Below, in pieces: positions 1 to 8,675 of a stretch of DNA of 64,000 nt. The notes under the pieces are model-generated. The model did not search any database. It saw only the letters and a program-made list of their open reading frames with translations, and had not been told where the DNA came from. Numbering within the stretch: position 1 is the stretch's first letter; every line of letters starts with the position of its first letter. Made by a program: the position numbers and the translations under genes. Origin of the DNA: an uncultured Chloroflexia bacterium (GTDB lineage: Bacteria > Chloroflexota > Limnocylindria > Limnocylindrales > CSP1-4); the NCBI GenBank assembly GCA_963748625.1, contig CAVVJT010000003.1, forward strand, positions 32,001-96,000. Direction: 5' to 3'.

Positions 1-557
1 TCCTTCGGCTTGCCCGCGGACCCGACGTTGATGAAGCGGGTGCCCGCGACCGTCTTGTCATAGGCCTTGTGCGTGTGGCCGCAGACGATGACGTCGGCCT
101 GGGCCATGGCCGCGATCCGGGCGAACGTCGCGTCAGGCTTGTCCTCGTAGAGGTACTCGTTGATCTTGCGTGGGCTGCCGTGCACCAGCAGGTAGCGCTT
201 GCCGTCGGCCTCGAACCGGATCTGTGGCGCGAGCGTCTGGAGCCAGGCCTTGTTCCCAGCGGACGTGTGCGCCTTCGTCCAGAGGAAGCCTGCGTCACCC
301 TCCGCCTTGTCGCGCTCCTTCACGTAGGCGCAGCCGCACTCGTCGCGGTCGAATCCCACCCCGTCGTCGTAGTTCCCCATGACGATGGGGAACGCCTCGG
401 CCTGGAGCCGTTCCAGCACCTCGTCAGGCCAGGGCGCGTAGCCCACGAGGTCGCCGAGTGCGAACCGTGCATCAACTGCTGCGGCCTCGATGTCCGCGAG
501 GACGGCGGCAAGGGCGGGAAGGTTCGCGTGGACGTCGGAGAGGATGGCGATGCGCAT
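1..557 (-). CDS. Metallophosphoesterase family protein (3' end runs off window)
   Basis: Manual translation from ATG 557: MRIAILSDVHAN...LGDLVGY...MGNYD...ECGCAY...LVHGSPR...CGHTH...FINVGS; calcineurin-like motifs. Confidence 0.9.
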   Translation of the reverse strand, partial: MRIAILSDVHANLPALAAVLADIEAAAVDARFALGDLVGYAPWPDEVLERLQAEAFPIVMGNYDDGVGFDRDECGCAYVKERDKAEGDAGFLWTKAHTSAGNKAWLQTLAPQIRFEADGKRYLLVHGSPRKINEYLYEDKPDATFARIAAMAQADVIVCGHTHKAYDKTVAGTRFINVGSAGKPK

Positions 558-563
558 GCGAGG

Positions 564-594
564 AGCGTAGACCTTGAAGCGACTTGAAGGTCAA
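564..594 (-). promoter_or_regulatory. MerR-type promoter/operator (19-bp spacer with dyad)
   Basis: Minus strand TTGACC (594-589), 19 nt, TACGCT (569-564); imperfect dyad ACCTTGAAG-cga-CTTGAAGGT at 571-591; ATG 6 nt downstream. Confidence 0.8.
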
Positions 595-637
595 GCCGAT
601 TTCGCGCTCAGGTCCTGAACGAGATCGAGAATTCGGC

Positions 638-1801
638 TCAGCCCAGCACGGCGCGCAGGGCGCCATCGAGATCCGTCCAGAGGTCCTCGACGTTCTCGAT
701 GCCCACCGACAGCCGGCACAGGGTCGGACCGACGACCGTGGCATCCCCCGCGTAGCGGGCGCGGCGCTCGATGAGCGACTCGACGCCCCCGAGGCTTGTC
801 GCGTGGGTGAGCAGCCGCAGGCGCCCAAGGACGGCCTCCGTCTGCTCGGCGGTGCCGGCGACCTCGAATGACAGCAATGGGCCAGCGCCCGCTGGGAGCA
901 CGCGCGCCGCGCGCTCGTGCTGGGTATCGCCGGCCAGGCCCGGATAGTTGACGTGCGTCACGTGGGGGTGGGCAGCCAGCCTGCGGGCGATCTCCTCCGC
1001 GGACGCTTCCGCACGGTCCAGGCGCACGGCGAGCGTCCGCAGGCCGCGCAGGGCGAGGAAGGCCTCCAGGGTTCCCGGGATCGCGCCATGGTCATGGCGG
1101 TGGGCGACCAGGAAGTCGGCATGGGCGTCCGCGCGGCAGACGACCGCGCCAAGCAGGAGGTCCGAGTGGCCGGCGATGAGCTTGGTCGCGGAGTGCATCA
1201 CGATGTCGGCGCCGAGATCGAGCGGGCGCTGGCGCAGGGGTGTCGCGAATGTGGCGTCCACCACGGAGATCGCACCGCGCTCCCGGGCGCCCGCCGCGAT
1301 GGCGGGGACGTCGGCGACGACCATGAGCGGGTTGGCGATCGACTCCACCCACACCATGTCGGCGCCAACGGCTGCAGCGAGCACGGCAGCGGTGTCGTCG
1401 GCGGGCGTCATGCGGACGTGGAGGCGGCCGCGGGCCTCGAGGCGCTCGAAGATGTTGCGAACGCCGAAGTAGGTGACGGTCGAGAGCACGACCGTGCCGT
1501 CGACCGGGACCAGGTCCGCGATGGAGGTGGCAGCGGCAAGTCCCGAAGCGAAGGTCACGGCCCGGCCGCCGTCGAGCGCCCCGAGCGCGGTCTCCAGCGC
1601 CATCCACCCGGCGTTGCCATCGCGGCCGTACTCGAGCGTGGCGTCGTGCACGTACGTGGCCGACAGCGTGATCGGCGCGTTCATCGGGGCGCCGGGGTCA
1701 CGCGCCGGCCGGCCGGCCTGCACGGTCACGGTGTCGGCGGACCATGCGGCGTCCAAGTCAAGCGAGGAGGTGTTCGAGGTCTCGGTCATCGGATCGGTCA
1801 C
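638..1801 (-). CDS. PLP-dependent trans-sulfuration family enzyme (cystathionine gamma-synthase/lyase-like)
   Basis: YGRDGN, FASGLAA, ESIANP, VDATFATP, HSATKLIAGHSD (PLP Lys), TSLGGVESL, RLSVGIE motifs. Confidence 0.9.
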   Translation of the reverse strand: MTDPMTETSNTSSLDLDAAWSADTVTVQAGRPARDPGAPMNAPITLSATYVHDATLEYGRDGNAGWMALETALGALDGGRAVTFASGLAAATSIADLVPVDGTVVLSTVTYFGVRNIFERLEARGRLHVRMTPADDTAAVLAAAVGADMVWVESIANPLMVVADVPAIAAGARERGAISVVDATFATPLRQRPLDLGADIVMHSATKLIAGHSDLLLGAVVCRADAHADFLVAHRHDHGAIPGTLEAFLALRGLRTLAVRLDRAEASAEEIARRLAAHPHVTHVNYPGLAGDTQHERAARVLPAGAGPLLSFEVAGTAEQTEAVLGRLRLLTHATSLGGVESLIERRARYAGDATVVGPTLCRLSVGIENVEDLWTDLDGALRAVLG

Positions 1802-1804
1802 CTG

Positions 1805-2527
1805 TCAGGCACTGATGGCGGGGATGATGCGTGCGGCCGTCCGGACGGCCGGGTCCAGGGCACGCAGGCGGCGCTCCAGATCGGCACCGGCCGCCGTCGC
1901 GGTCTCGGCCGCATCAGGGCCGAGGGCGTCGATGATGAAGAGCGCGCTGGTCGTGGCGCCCGTGAGCTGGGTTCGGGTGCACTGGCGCCAGTTCCAGCGG
2001 CGGCAGGTGATACCTGCGTCGTCCGCCCAGACGACCTCGCCGGGCTCCGGGTGCTCGACGACGGCTTCGCCCGACGCGGTCGTCTCGAACGGCTCCGCCC
2101 CGGTCGCCCGGACCAGGCGGGCCGCGCCCACGTACCGGGCCAGGTCCTCCCCGCCCACGGGCACCTCGTGAATGACCGATACGGCGTTGTACAGGTCGGT
2201 GAGCCGGTTGATCCGGGGCAGCCCGTCTGGTACGCGCCGCAGGAGCGCCTCGAGGCTGTTGCGGGTCCGCTGCGGCTTTGCGCCGAACGCCCGGTACGCT
2301 GCGCGCCAGGTTGCGACACGCGGGCGGTCCTCGGGCGCCCCGCCGTCCAGGCGCGTGACCGCCAGCACCTCGGCCTCGCGCAGCCATGCATCCGATGCCG
2401 TGTCACTCGGGGCGCCCGGCAGGCCGTCTGCCGCGACGAGGACCGCCACGTAGTCGGGCTGGAGCTTGCCCACGGCCCGATCCACCGCCGCCTCGGCCAG
2501 CAGCGCGTCCAGGTCGGTCGCTGTCAT
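1805..2527 (-). CDS. Standalone B3/B4 tRNA-editing domain protein
   Basis: WRAAYRAFG...SLEALLRR...LPRINRLTDLYNAVS...PVGGEDL...CRRWNWRQ signature. Confidence 0.88.
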   Translation of the reverse strand: MTATDLDALLAEAAVDRAVGKLQPDYVAVLVAADGLPGAPSDTASDAWLREAEVLAVTRLDGGAPEDRPRVATWRAAYRAFGAKPQRTRNSLEALLRRVPDGLPRINRLTDLYNAVSVIHEVPVGGEDLARYVGAARLVRATGAEPFETTASGEAVVEHPEPGEVVWADDAGITCRRWNWRQCTRTQLTGATTSALFIIDALGPDAAETATAAGADLERRLRALDPAVRTAARIIPAISA

Positions 2528-3108
2528 CGTCCTGCCTCCGAGGGTTCGTAGACCGCCAGTGCGAACCGGGCGGGGATCGTCCCGTCATTGCGGTAGCTGT
2601 GCACGGTGTCACCGTGGAATGTTGCCGAGTCGCCCGCCTGGAGCGCGACGTCCTCGCCGCCCACCGAGAGGGTCACCTCGCCCTCCAGCACCGCCAGCAG
2701 CTCACGCGTGCCGGCCACGTGCGGCTCGCTCGCATGGGCGTCATCCGGTGCCAGGACCCAATCCCACAGCTCGACCACTTCGGGGTCAGCCACGCCGGCA
2801 GCCAGGTAGGCCACTCCGCCGTGCGCCCCCGACCACAGCGGCGCTCGCGTGCCGGAGCGGCGTACCTCCATCGCTGACGTGCCGCCATCCGGGGCCACGA
2901 GGGAGGGCAGGCCGATCCCGAGCGCGTCGCTCAGGCGCAGCAACGTGGCGATGCTCGCATTGGTGGTTCCCTGCTCGACGTTCACGAGCATCCGGCGGCT
3001 CACGCCAGATCGCTCCGCGAGCTCGTCGAGGGTCCAGGACCGGGCATGGCGCCGGGCGCGGACGCGCTCGCCGATGCGCGTCATGATGGTGAGGTCGGCC
3101 GTGGTCAT
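2524..3108 (-). CDS. XRE-family HTH regulator with C-terminal cupin
   Basis: WTLDELAERSGVSRRMLVNVEQG HTH plus EPHVAGTRE...HSYRN cupin; start placed at ATG 3108, 7 nt after -10 TAGTCT. Confidence 0.88.
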   Translation of the reverse strand: MTTADLTIMTRIGERVRARRHARSWTLDELAERSGVSRRMLVNVEQGTTNASIATLLRLSDALGIGLPSLVAPDGGTSAMEVRRSGTRAPLWSGAHGGVAYLAAGVADPEVVELWDWVLAPDDAHASEPHVAGTRELLAVLEGEVTLSVGGEDVALQAGDSATFHGDTVHSYRNDGTIPARFALAVYEPSEAGR

Positions 3109-3138
3109 GCAGCCCAGACTACCGTGTGCTGCACCGGC

Positions 3139-3156
3139 AGTGCAACACACTGCACT
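3139..3156. promoter_or_regulatory. Palindromic operator candidate for the XRE regulator
   Basis: AGTGCA-acacac-TGCACT perfect dyad just upstream of the -10 at 3116-3121. Confidence 0.5.
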
Positions 3157-3305
3157 TGCACCCTGGTTCCGGTACGTCGTGGGGGGCCGTCCTCGGGTCG
3201 CGTGGTACCCTTCGATTGCCACGCCAAGTGGCGACACGCATGCGGCCCACCCTTCTCGAACGGGCGCCTGCCCTCTCCTGTGTTCGAGATACCGGGAGGC
3301 GCCCC

Positions 3306-3509
3306 ATGACCACGGGCACCATCAAGAAGCTCGTGTCCGAGCGTGGCTTCGGGTTCATCACGTCCGACGACGGCAAGGACTACTTCTTCCACCGAAGCGC
3401 ACTTGCTGCGTCGTTCGACTTCGACCGCCTCGTCGGCGGTGAGAAGGTGCAGTTCGAGATCGAGAAGGACGCAAAGGGCGATCGCGCCAAGAACGTGGAG
3501 CCTGCATGA
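3306..3509 (+). CDS. Cold-shock protein (CspA family)
   Basis: MTTGTIKKLVSERGFGFI...YFFHRS RNP1/RNP2 motifs; GGAGG RBS. Confidence 0.95.
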   Translation: MTTGTIKKLVSERGFGFITSDDGKDYFFHRSALAASFDFDRLVGGEKVQFEIEKDAKGDRAKNVEPA

Positions 3510-3569
3510 GGTCTGGCGGTCGTTGCGGCCGCCGGTCCTCGTCGCCCTGGACATGAAGGGGAGCAAGCG

Positions 3570-3824
3570 TTGACAAAGCAGTCACGGTACGAGCGGACAC
3601 AGCGGTCGGCCGAGCAGGTCCGCATTCGCGAGATCGAGGCCACCTGGGCGGCACGTATCTCGCCTGAGCAGAGCGCGGCGTTCAGGCGCGAGGTCGAGGT
3701 GGCACTCGCCCGCCAGCCCGAGCCGCGCCAGGACATGGCGCCCGGCACCCTTCCGAACCCGCCCCGGCCCGGTCGTGAGCCCCGCCCGCCCAAGGAGCAG
3801 GCCAAGGGACGATCCCGGTACTAG
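3570..3824 (+). CDS. Hypothetical basic, Pro-rich small protein
   Basis: TTG start after AAGGGGAG; coding-like codon usage; follows csp on the same strand. Confidence 0.6.
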   Translation: MTKQSRYERTQRSAEQVRIREIEATWAARISPEQSAAFRREVEVALARQPEPRQDMAPGTLPNPPRPGREPRPPKEQAKGRSRY

Positions 3825-3826
3825 GC

Positions 3827-4183
3827 GTGACTGACCACGCGGGCGCCGATCCTGAGGATGGCGCCGTCTCCCGGGTGATCCGCAACCACCGCAGGTTCGC
3901 GCTCAGCGACGTGACGTTCGACGGTGCTCCCGTTGGCGGCGCGACCATCGATGCGTGGCAGGACGGGTCGGGAGCGGGCTTCTGGTCTGCGCGCGTCCTG
4001 ATGGTGGCCAACGACGTCCCGAACACGGGCGCGCTGGCGGGCCGCACCCGGGACGGCCGACTGCTGCGCGGACGCGTCGCGCTCGTCGGGCCCGGACCGG
4101 CGCCCAAGCCCCGGGGAGCCATCCTCATCGAGTGGCATGGCGTCGGCCTGCTCCGCGCCGAGGTCCCGGGCGAGGAGTCCTGA
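3827..4183 (+). CDS. Hypothetical protein
   Basis: GTG start 2 nt after upstream stop; plausible composition. Confidence 0.5.
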   Translation: MTDHAGADPEDGAVSRVIRNHRRFALSDVTFDGAPVGGATIDAWQDGSGAGFWSARVLMVANDVPNTGALAGRTRDGRLLRGRVALVGPGPAPKPRGAILIEWHGVGLLRAEVPGEES

Positions 4184-4195
4184 CCGCTCGACCCG

Positions 4196-4232
4196 GATCG
4201 CTCGCCCCTGATCGCTCGCCCCTGATCGCTCG
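4196..4232. repeat. 14-bp tandem repeat GATCGCTCGCCCCT, about 2.6 copies
   Basis: Directly visible between convergent genes. Confidence 0.8.
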
Positions 4233-4312
4233 TTCGTGCCCGGCGGCCTCGCCGCGTCAGGGCGGCATCATGCACCAGCTCGGCCGCCAGAGGACCGTGG
4301 ACGCGAGTCGTG

Positions 4313-5032
4313 TCAGCGCCGGTCCGCGTCCACCGCATCGGCGAAGGCGGCCATCGAGGAGAATGTCCAGTCCGGCGTCACCGGGGCCTGGGGCTCCGGG
4401 GTTGCACCCCATCCTGGACGTCCGTGACGGCGGTTGATCCAGACCGTGGGCAGGCCTGCAGCCTTGGCGGGGACGTGGTCATGGAAGAGGCTCTGGGCGA
4501 CGTGCAGCAGGCGGCCCTCGGGCACGCCCAGCCTGGCGACTTCGGCGGCAAGGGCCGCGAAGTTGCGTGGCGACGGCTTGTACGAGCCGATGTCCTCGGC
4601 GGTCAGGATGCTCGTGAAGGTCACGCCGAGCCGCAAGCTGGAGCCGGCGAACGAGGCACGGTCCACGTTGGACAGGATGATCAGCTTGTAGTGGCGGGCG
4701 AGGCGGATGAGCGCCTCGGTGGAGTCCGGGAAGGCGGGCCAGTCCGGCACGGAGGTCGCGAGCGACTCGGCCTCGGCATCGCTGACGGCGACCCCCAGCT
4801 CAAGGCCGAGTCCGCGGACGGCACGCGCCAGGATCTCCGGGTACAGGGCCTGCGGGTGGGCCGTCTCTGCGGCGGCCTCGTGGCTGGCGTAGGCGGTCAG
4901 CAGCGCCTCGTTGGAGCGGGCCAGGCCATGGGTGTCCGCCCACCGCCGGAGCACCACGGCAATGCCCGCCTCCCAGTCGATCAGCGTCCCGTAGCAGTCG
5001 AAGGAGAGGGCGTCGAAGTCGCCGAAGTCCAC
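4313..5032 (-). CDS. HAD-superfamily haloacid dehalogenase type II-like hydrolase
   Basis: FDCYGTLIDWE, ILSNVD, YKPS, HVAQSLFHD motifs; GTG start after GGGAG. Confidence 0.9.
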   Translation of the reverse strand: MDFGDFDALSFDCYGTLIDWEAGIAVVLRRWADTHGLARSNEALLTAYASHEAAAETAHPQALYPEILARAVRGLGLELGVAVSDAEAESLATSVPDWPAFPDSTEALIRLARHYKLIILSNVDRASFAGSSLRLGVTFTSILTAEDIGSYKPSPRNFAALAAEVARLGVPEGRLLHVAQSLFHDHVPAKAAGLPTVWINRRHGRPGWGATPEPQAPVTPDWTFSSMAAFADAVDADRR

Positions 5033-5106
5033 CTGGTGCGCTCCCTGGCAATGTCGATGTCGATGTCCGCGTGTATAGCAGGTGGACGTCACACGCCGGG
5101 AGGGCG

Positions 5107-6246
5107 TCAGGCGCCTGGCGTGCCTTCTGGGGCGTCCCACCAGCGCAGGCTGCCCCTGGCGAGCGCCCGCTCGAAGTAGGAGCCGTCTCGCCGGATCCGG
5201 TCCACGCTGCCGACCGTGACGAGGGTCTCGAGGAGCGGCGCGAGCTGCGATCCATACACGTGCATGCATGGCTCCGCGCGGACGCCCGGCCACGAGTAGC
5301 AGGACACGACCGTCCGTCGTTCCTCCGTCGGGATCCCGGGCGGCAGGAGGTCCCAGGCCGGGTCGCCCGGCGCGAACTCCCACTGGTCGAGGTTGCCCTG
5401 CGGGATGCCCTCGATGCCGCGCACGACCCGGGGCTCCGCGTCGAGCAGGTAGGGATCGACCGCGAGATCGCAGATGACGGCGTGCTCGGGCAGCACGGCG
5501 ATCCAGGCGTTGGGGACGACCGGGACCGATGGGTCGCGCCGTGCAGTGGCGTCCACCAGGACGTCGGTGACCCCGAGGCGGCTGCGCAGGTACCCGGCAT
5601 CACCGGTCAGGTTGCGGCCGGCGGTGACCACCTCCACCCCCGGCAGGCCCTGGCGCGAGAACGCCTCGTTGCGCGCGTCGTCCCCGTACTTGGTGGCGAA
5701 CTCGACGGCATGTCGCCCGACCCGGCCGGCGCCCAGGATCGTCACCTTGACCGTAGAGCGATGCGGGTTGCGCAGGGCCGGCCACGTCCGCTCCAGGGCC
5801 GCGAACGCGGAGGCCACGCCGTTCCATGCCACGCTGCGCAGGTTCTCCACCAGCCGGCGTCCATCATCATTGCGGATGAGATCCAGGCTGACGGCGTCGA
5901 CGCCCAGCTCGTGCAGCATGGCCACCCGTCCAGGCCGCGTGGAGAAGTGGAGCATGGACACGAGCAGCGAGCCGCGCCGCAGGAGCTCGTAGCGACCTTC
6001 CGGCGCCCGCAGCACGACGACCATGTCCTGGCGGTAGCAGGCCTCCTCGTCCGTGATGTGCACGTGGGGCGACAGGTCGCTGTAGTCCGTGTCGACGTAG
6101 CCCATGTCCGAACCGATGCCGGTCTCGCAGAAGACCTCGGCGCCGTTCGCCGCGAGGAGGCCCACGAGCGGTGGCAGGAAGTCGCGCCGCTCACTCGCCT
6201 CGCGGTGCATGCGCGGGAAGCCGACGCTGACGCGACCGGATGCCAT
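5107..6246 (-). CDS. AlaDH/PNT-family NAD(P)-dependent dehydrogenase, paralog 1
   Basis: GFPRM..E..ERR, ETGIG, SMLHF, GAGRVG Rossmann motif, CDLAVD, GIEG; GGAGG RBS. Confidence 0.8.
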   Translation of the reverse strand: MASGRVSVGFPRMHREASERRDFLPPLVGLLAANGAEVFCETGIGSDMGYVDTDYSDLSPHVHITDEEACYRQDMVVVLRAPEGRYELLRRGSLLVSMLHFSTRPGRVAMLHELGVDAVSLDLIRNDDGRRLVENLRSVAWNGVASAFAALERTWPALRNPHRSTVKVTILGAGRVGRHAVEFATKYGDDARNEAFSRQGLPGVEVVTAGRNLTGDAGYLRSRLGVTDVLVDATARRDPSVPVVPNAWIAVLPEHAVICDLAVDPYLLDAEPRVVRGIEGIPQGNLDQWEFAPGDPAWDLLPPGIPTEERRTVVSCYSWPGVRAEPCMHVYGSQLAPLLETLVTVGSVDRIRRDGSYFERALARGSLRWWDAPEGTPGA

Positions 6247-6477
6247 GGCGGGTCCTCCCAACCCGACCGCGACGAGACGATGCCGCCCCATGGCGCGGTT
6301 GTCCGCCGAGCGTCGGGTGCGCCGCCGCGTGGGGCAATGGTCCCGGCGCCCGACCGGGCAGGCCACCCGGCCCGTCCTTGCGGAACTTGACGCAGGACGA
6401 CAGGTGCGCGACGGTCGCCGCATCGAGTGCATGCGTGGGCAAGCGAGTGGGCGAGCAACGGGAGGCGGCAACGGGCG

Positions 6478-7671
6478 ATGGCCAACGAGGCAGGGCTCAC
6501 GATCGGGTTCCCGCGGATGTACAACGAGCCGGGGGAACGGAGGGCGTTCCTCCCATCGCTGGTGGGCACGCTGGCTGCGCTGGGCGTGGACGTGGCCATC
6601 GAATCAGGGCTGGGGGCCGCGATGGGGTACCCGGACGAGGCCTACACGTCCGTCTCGCCGCGGGTGCGGGTGGTTGATGAGGCGACGGCCTACCGGCAGG
6701 CGATCGTGCTGGTGCTGCGCGCGCCCGAAGGCCGCTACGAGCTGATGGCACCGGGGACGATCCTGCTCTCGATGCTCCATTTCAACACCCGCCCGGAGCG
6801 TGTCGCGCTGCTCGAGTCGTTGGGGATCGAGGCGATCGCGCTGGACATGATCACCGGCGATGACGGGCGACGCCTCGTGCAGAACCTGCGCGACGTGGCC
6901 CGCAACGGCCTCGCCTGCGCGTTCGACGCCCTCGAGCGACGCTGGCCGCCGCTGTTCTCGCCGGCCAGGCCCGCCGTGAGCGTCACCGTCCTCGGGGCTG
7001 GGGGCGTGGGCAAGCAGGCGATCGAGTCGGCCGCCCGAGCCGGCGATGACGCGCGCAACGAGCGCTTCCTGCGTGAGGGCCTGCCAGGCGTCGAGGTGGT
7101 CGTCGTGGAGCAGAGCCTCGCGGGCAACGAGGCCTACTTCCGCCACCGGTTCGCCCTGACCGACATCCTGGTCGACGCAACCGCCCGTCGCGACACGTCA
7201 CGCCCGCTGTTCCCGAACCACTGGATCGGGTTCCTGCCCGAGCACGCCGTCATCTGCGACCTGGCGGTGGACCCCTACCTGCTCGACGACGTCCCCCAGG
7301 TGGTGCGCGGTATCGAGGGCATTCCGCAGGGCAGCCTCGACCAGTGGGAGTTCGACGTCGACGATCCAGCCTGGGACCGGCTACCGCCGTCGATCCCCAC
7401 CCGCGAGCGGCGCACCGTCGTGTCCTGCTACTCGTGGCCGGGGGTCCGCCCCGAGCCGTGCATGGAGTTGTACGGCTCCCAGGTGACGCCACTGCTCAAG
7501 ACGCTCGTCTGGTACGGCGGCGCGCCGGCGATCGCCCCTGACGGCTCGTTCCACGGACGGGCGATGTGGCGCGGGAGCCTGCGCCGTGTCACCGGGCGGG
7601 ACCCCGTGACGGGCGCCGCCACGACGGCTGGGGACGCTGGTGCCACCGACGCTGCGGGGGCCGGTCGCTAG
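6478..7671 (+). CDS. AlaDH/PNT-family NAD(P)-dependent dehydrogenase, paralog 2
   Basis: Same motifs (GFPRM, SMLHF, GAGGVG, CDLAVD, RRTVVSCYSWPG); GGAGG RBS. Confidence 0.8.
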   Translation: MANEAGLTIGFPRMYNEPGERRAFLPSLVGTLAALGVDVAIESGLGAAMGYPDEAYTSVSPRVRVVDEATAYRQAIVLVLRAPEGRYELMAPGTILLSMLHFNTRPERVALLESLGIEAIALDMITGDDGRRLVQNLRDVARNGLACAFDALERRWPPLFSPARPAVSVTVLGAGGVGKQAIESAARAGDDARNERFLREGLPGVEVVVVEQSLAGNEAYFRHRFALTDILVDATARRDTSRPLFPNHWIGFLPEHAVICDLAVDPYLLDDVPQVVRGIEGIPQGSLDQWEFDVDDPAWDRLPPSIPTRERRTVVSCYSWPGVRPEPCMELYGSQVTPLLKTLVWYGGAPAIAPDGSFHGRAMWRGSLRRVTGRDPVTGAATTAGDAGATDAAGAGR

Positions 7672-7679
7672 GCCTGACG

Positions 7680-8189
7680 CTACGGCCGACGGGGAAGGCG
7701 CATCCGGTCGAGCTCGCGGCCGATCCTGTACGCGTACTCCACGATTGCCTGCCAGTCCCGGAAGTCGCCGATGCGATGGGTCTGGAGCACCTGGCTCGTG
7801 ACGTCCGCGTCAGGGGCCAGGCGGCCGCCGAAGGTGCGGTGGCCCAGCGCGCCGAGTCCGGCGGTGATCTCTGCGCCGTGGGGTGTGATGGCCTGGTCGG
7901 ATCGGGCGAGCCGGCGGTCGAGCGGGCCTCCGCTGAACAGCCAGAGCGGGCGCGCGATGAGCTCGTCGCGGAACCGCTCGACGAAGAGGCGGGCGTCGCG
8001 CTGCCAGTAGGCGGCGTAGACGGCGCTGCCGAGGACGACGGCGTCCCACCCGTCGAGGCCGGCCACCTCGCGCGTTGGCTGGGCGAGGGCGCTGTGGCCG
8101 CTGTCGCGCAGGACCTGGGCCATCGCCTCGGCGATCTCGCCGGTGGAGCCCAGCTTCGTGGCGTAGGCGACGAGCACCCGGGACTTCAT
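7680..8189 (-). CDS. Flavodoxin-domain protein (HemG/menaquinone-dependent protoporphyrinogen oxidase-like)
   Basis: VLVAYATKLGSTGEIA, VVLGSAVY, WLFSGGPL, FGGRL, GDFRDW. Confidence 0.85.
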   Translation of the reverse strand: MKSRVLVAYATKLGSTGEIAEAMAQVLRDSGHSALAQPTREVAGLDGWDAVVLGSAVYAAYWQRDARLFVERFRDELIARPLWLFSGGPLDRRLARSDQAITPHGAEITAGLGALGHRTFGGRLAPDADVTSQVLQTHRIGDFRDWQAIVEYAYRIGRELDRMRLPRRP

Positions 8190-8599
8190 CCGAGGTCGTC
8201 CGGAAGCATGCTGTAGCACCAGCCGCACTGGTAGCCGATCGTCCTGCCGGCGGCGTTCACCAGCCGCGCCCTCGGATGGGTGTGCCGGCAGCTCGCCCCG
8301 CGAACGCGGTTGAGCGTCATCTCGCCGGGCTGGGTCCAGACCATGTCCGCGTCGCCGTAGCGCGTCTGCAGCGGGCTCGAGACCTTCTGGTTGGCGCGGC
8401 ACTCCACGGAGTCGACGCGGTGCTGGTCGAGGGCGGCCCGGCTGGGGAAGCGAAGGGCGCACCAGGTGCACACGAAGGCGGCGCCGTCGGGCGCGACGAC
8501 GGGTCCGGCGGCGGAGCGGCCCGGGGTGTCGGAGGCGTCCGCCGTGGTCCCGTCGATCACCCGCAGGAACGGTCGGCCGCTGGAGGAGTCGTCGGTCAT
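8186..8599 (-). CDS. Small zinc-finger protein (C2H2/C2HC-like plus second Cys/His cluster)
   Basis: FVCTWCALRFPSRAALDQHRVDSVEC and CRH...CGWC; ATGA overlap with the downstream flavodoxin gene. Confidence 0.65.
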   Translation of the reverse strand: MTDDSSSGRPFLRVIDGTTADASDTPGRSAAGPVVAPDGAAFVCTWCALRFPSRAALDQHRVDSVECRANQKVSSPLQTRYGDADMVWTQPGEMTLNRVRGASCRHTHPRARLVNAAGRTIGYQCGWCYSMLPDDLG

Positions 8600-8675
8600 C
8601 AGCGCGTACCGTACCTGTCTCCGCGCCGGGATGCGACAGGGCGGGCCACGCCGGACGACGTACCCTGCACTGATC

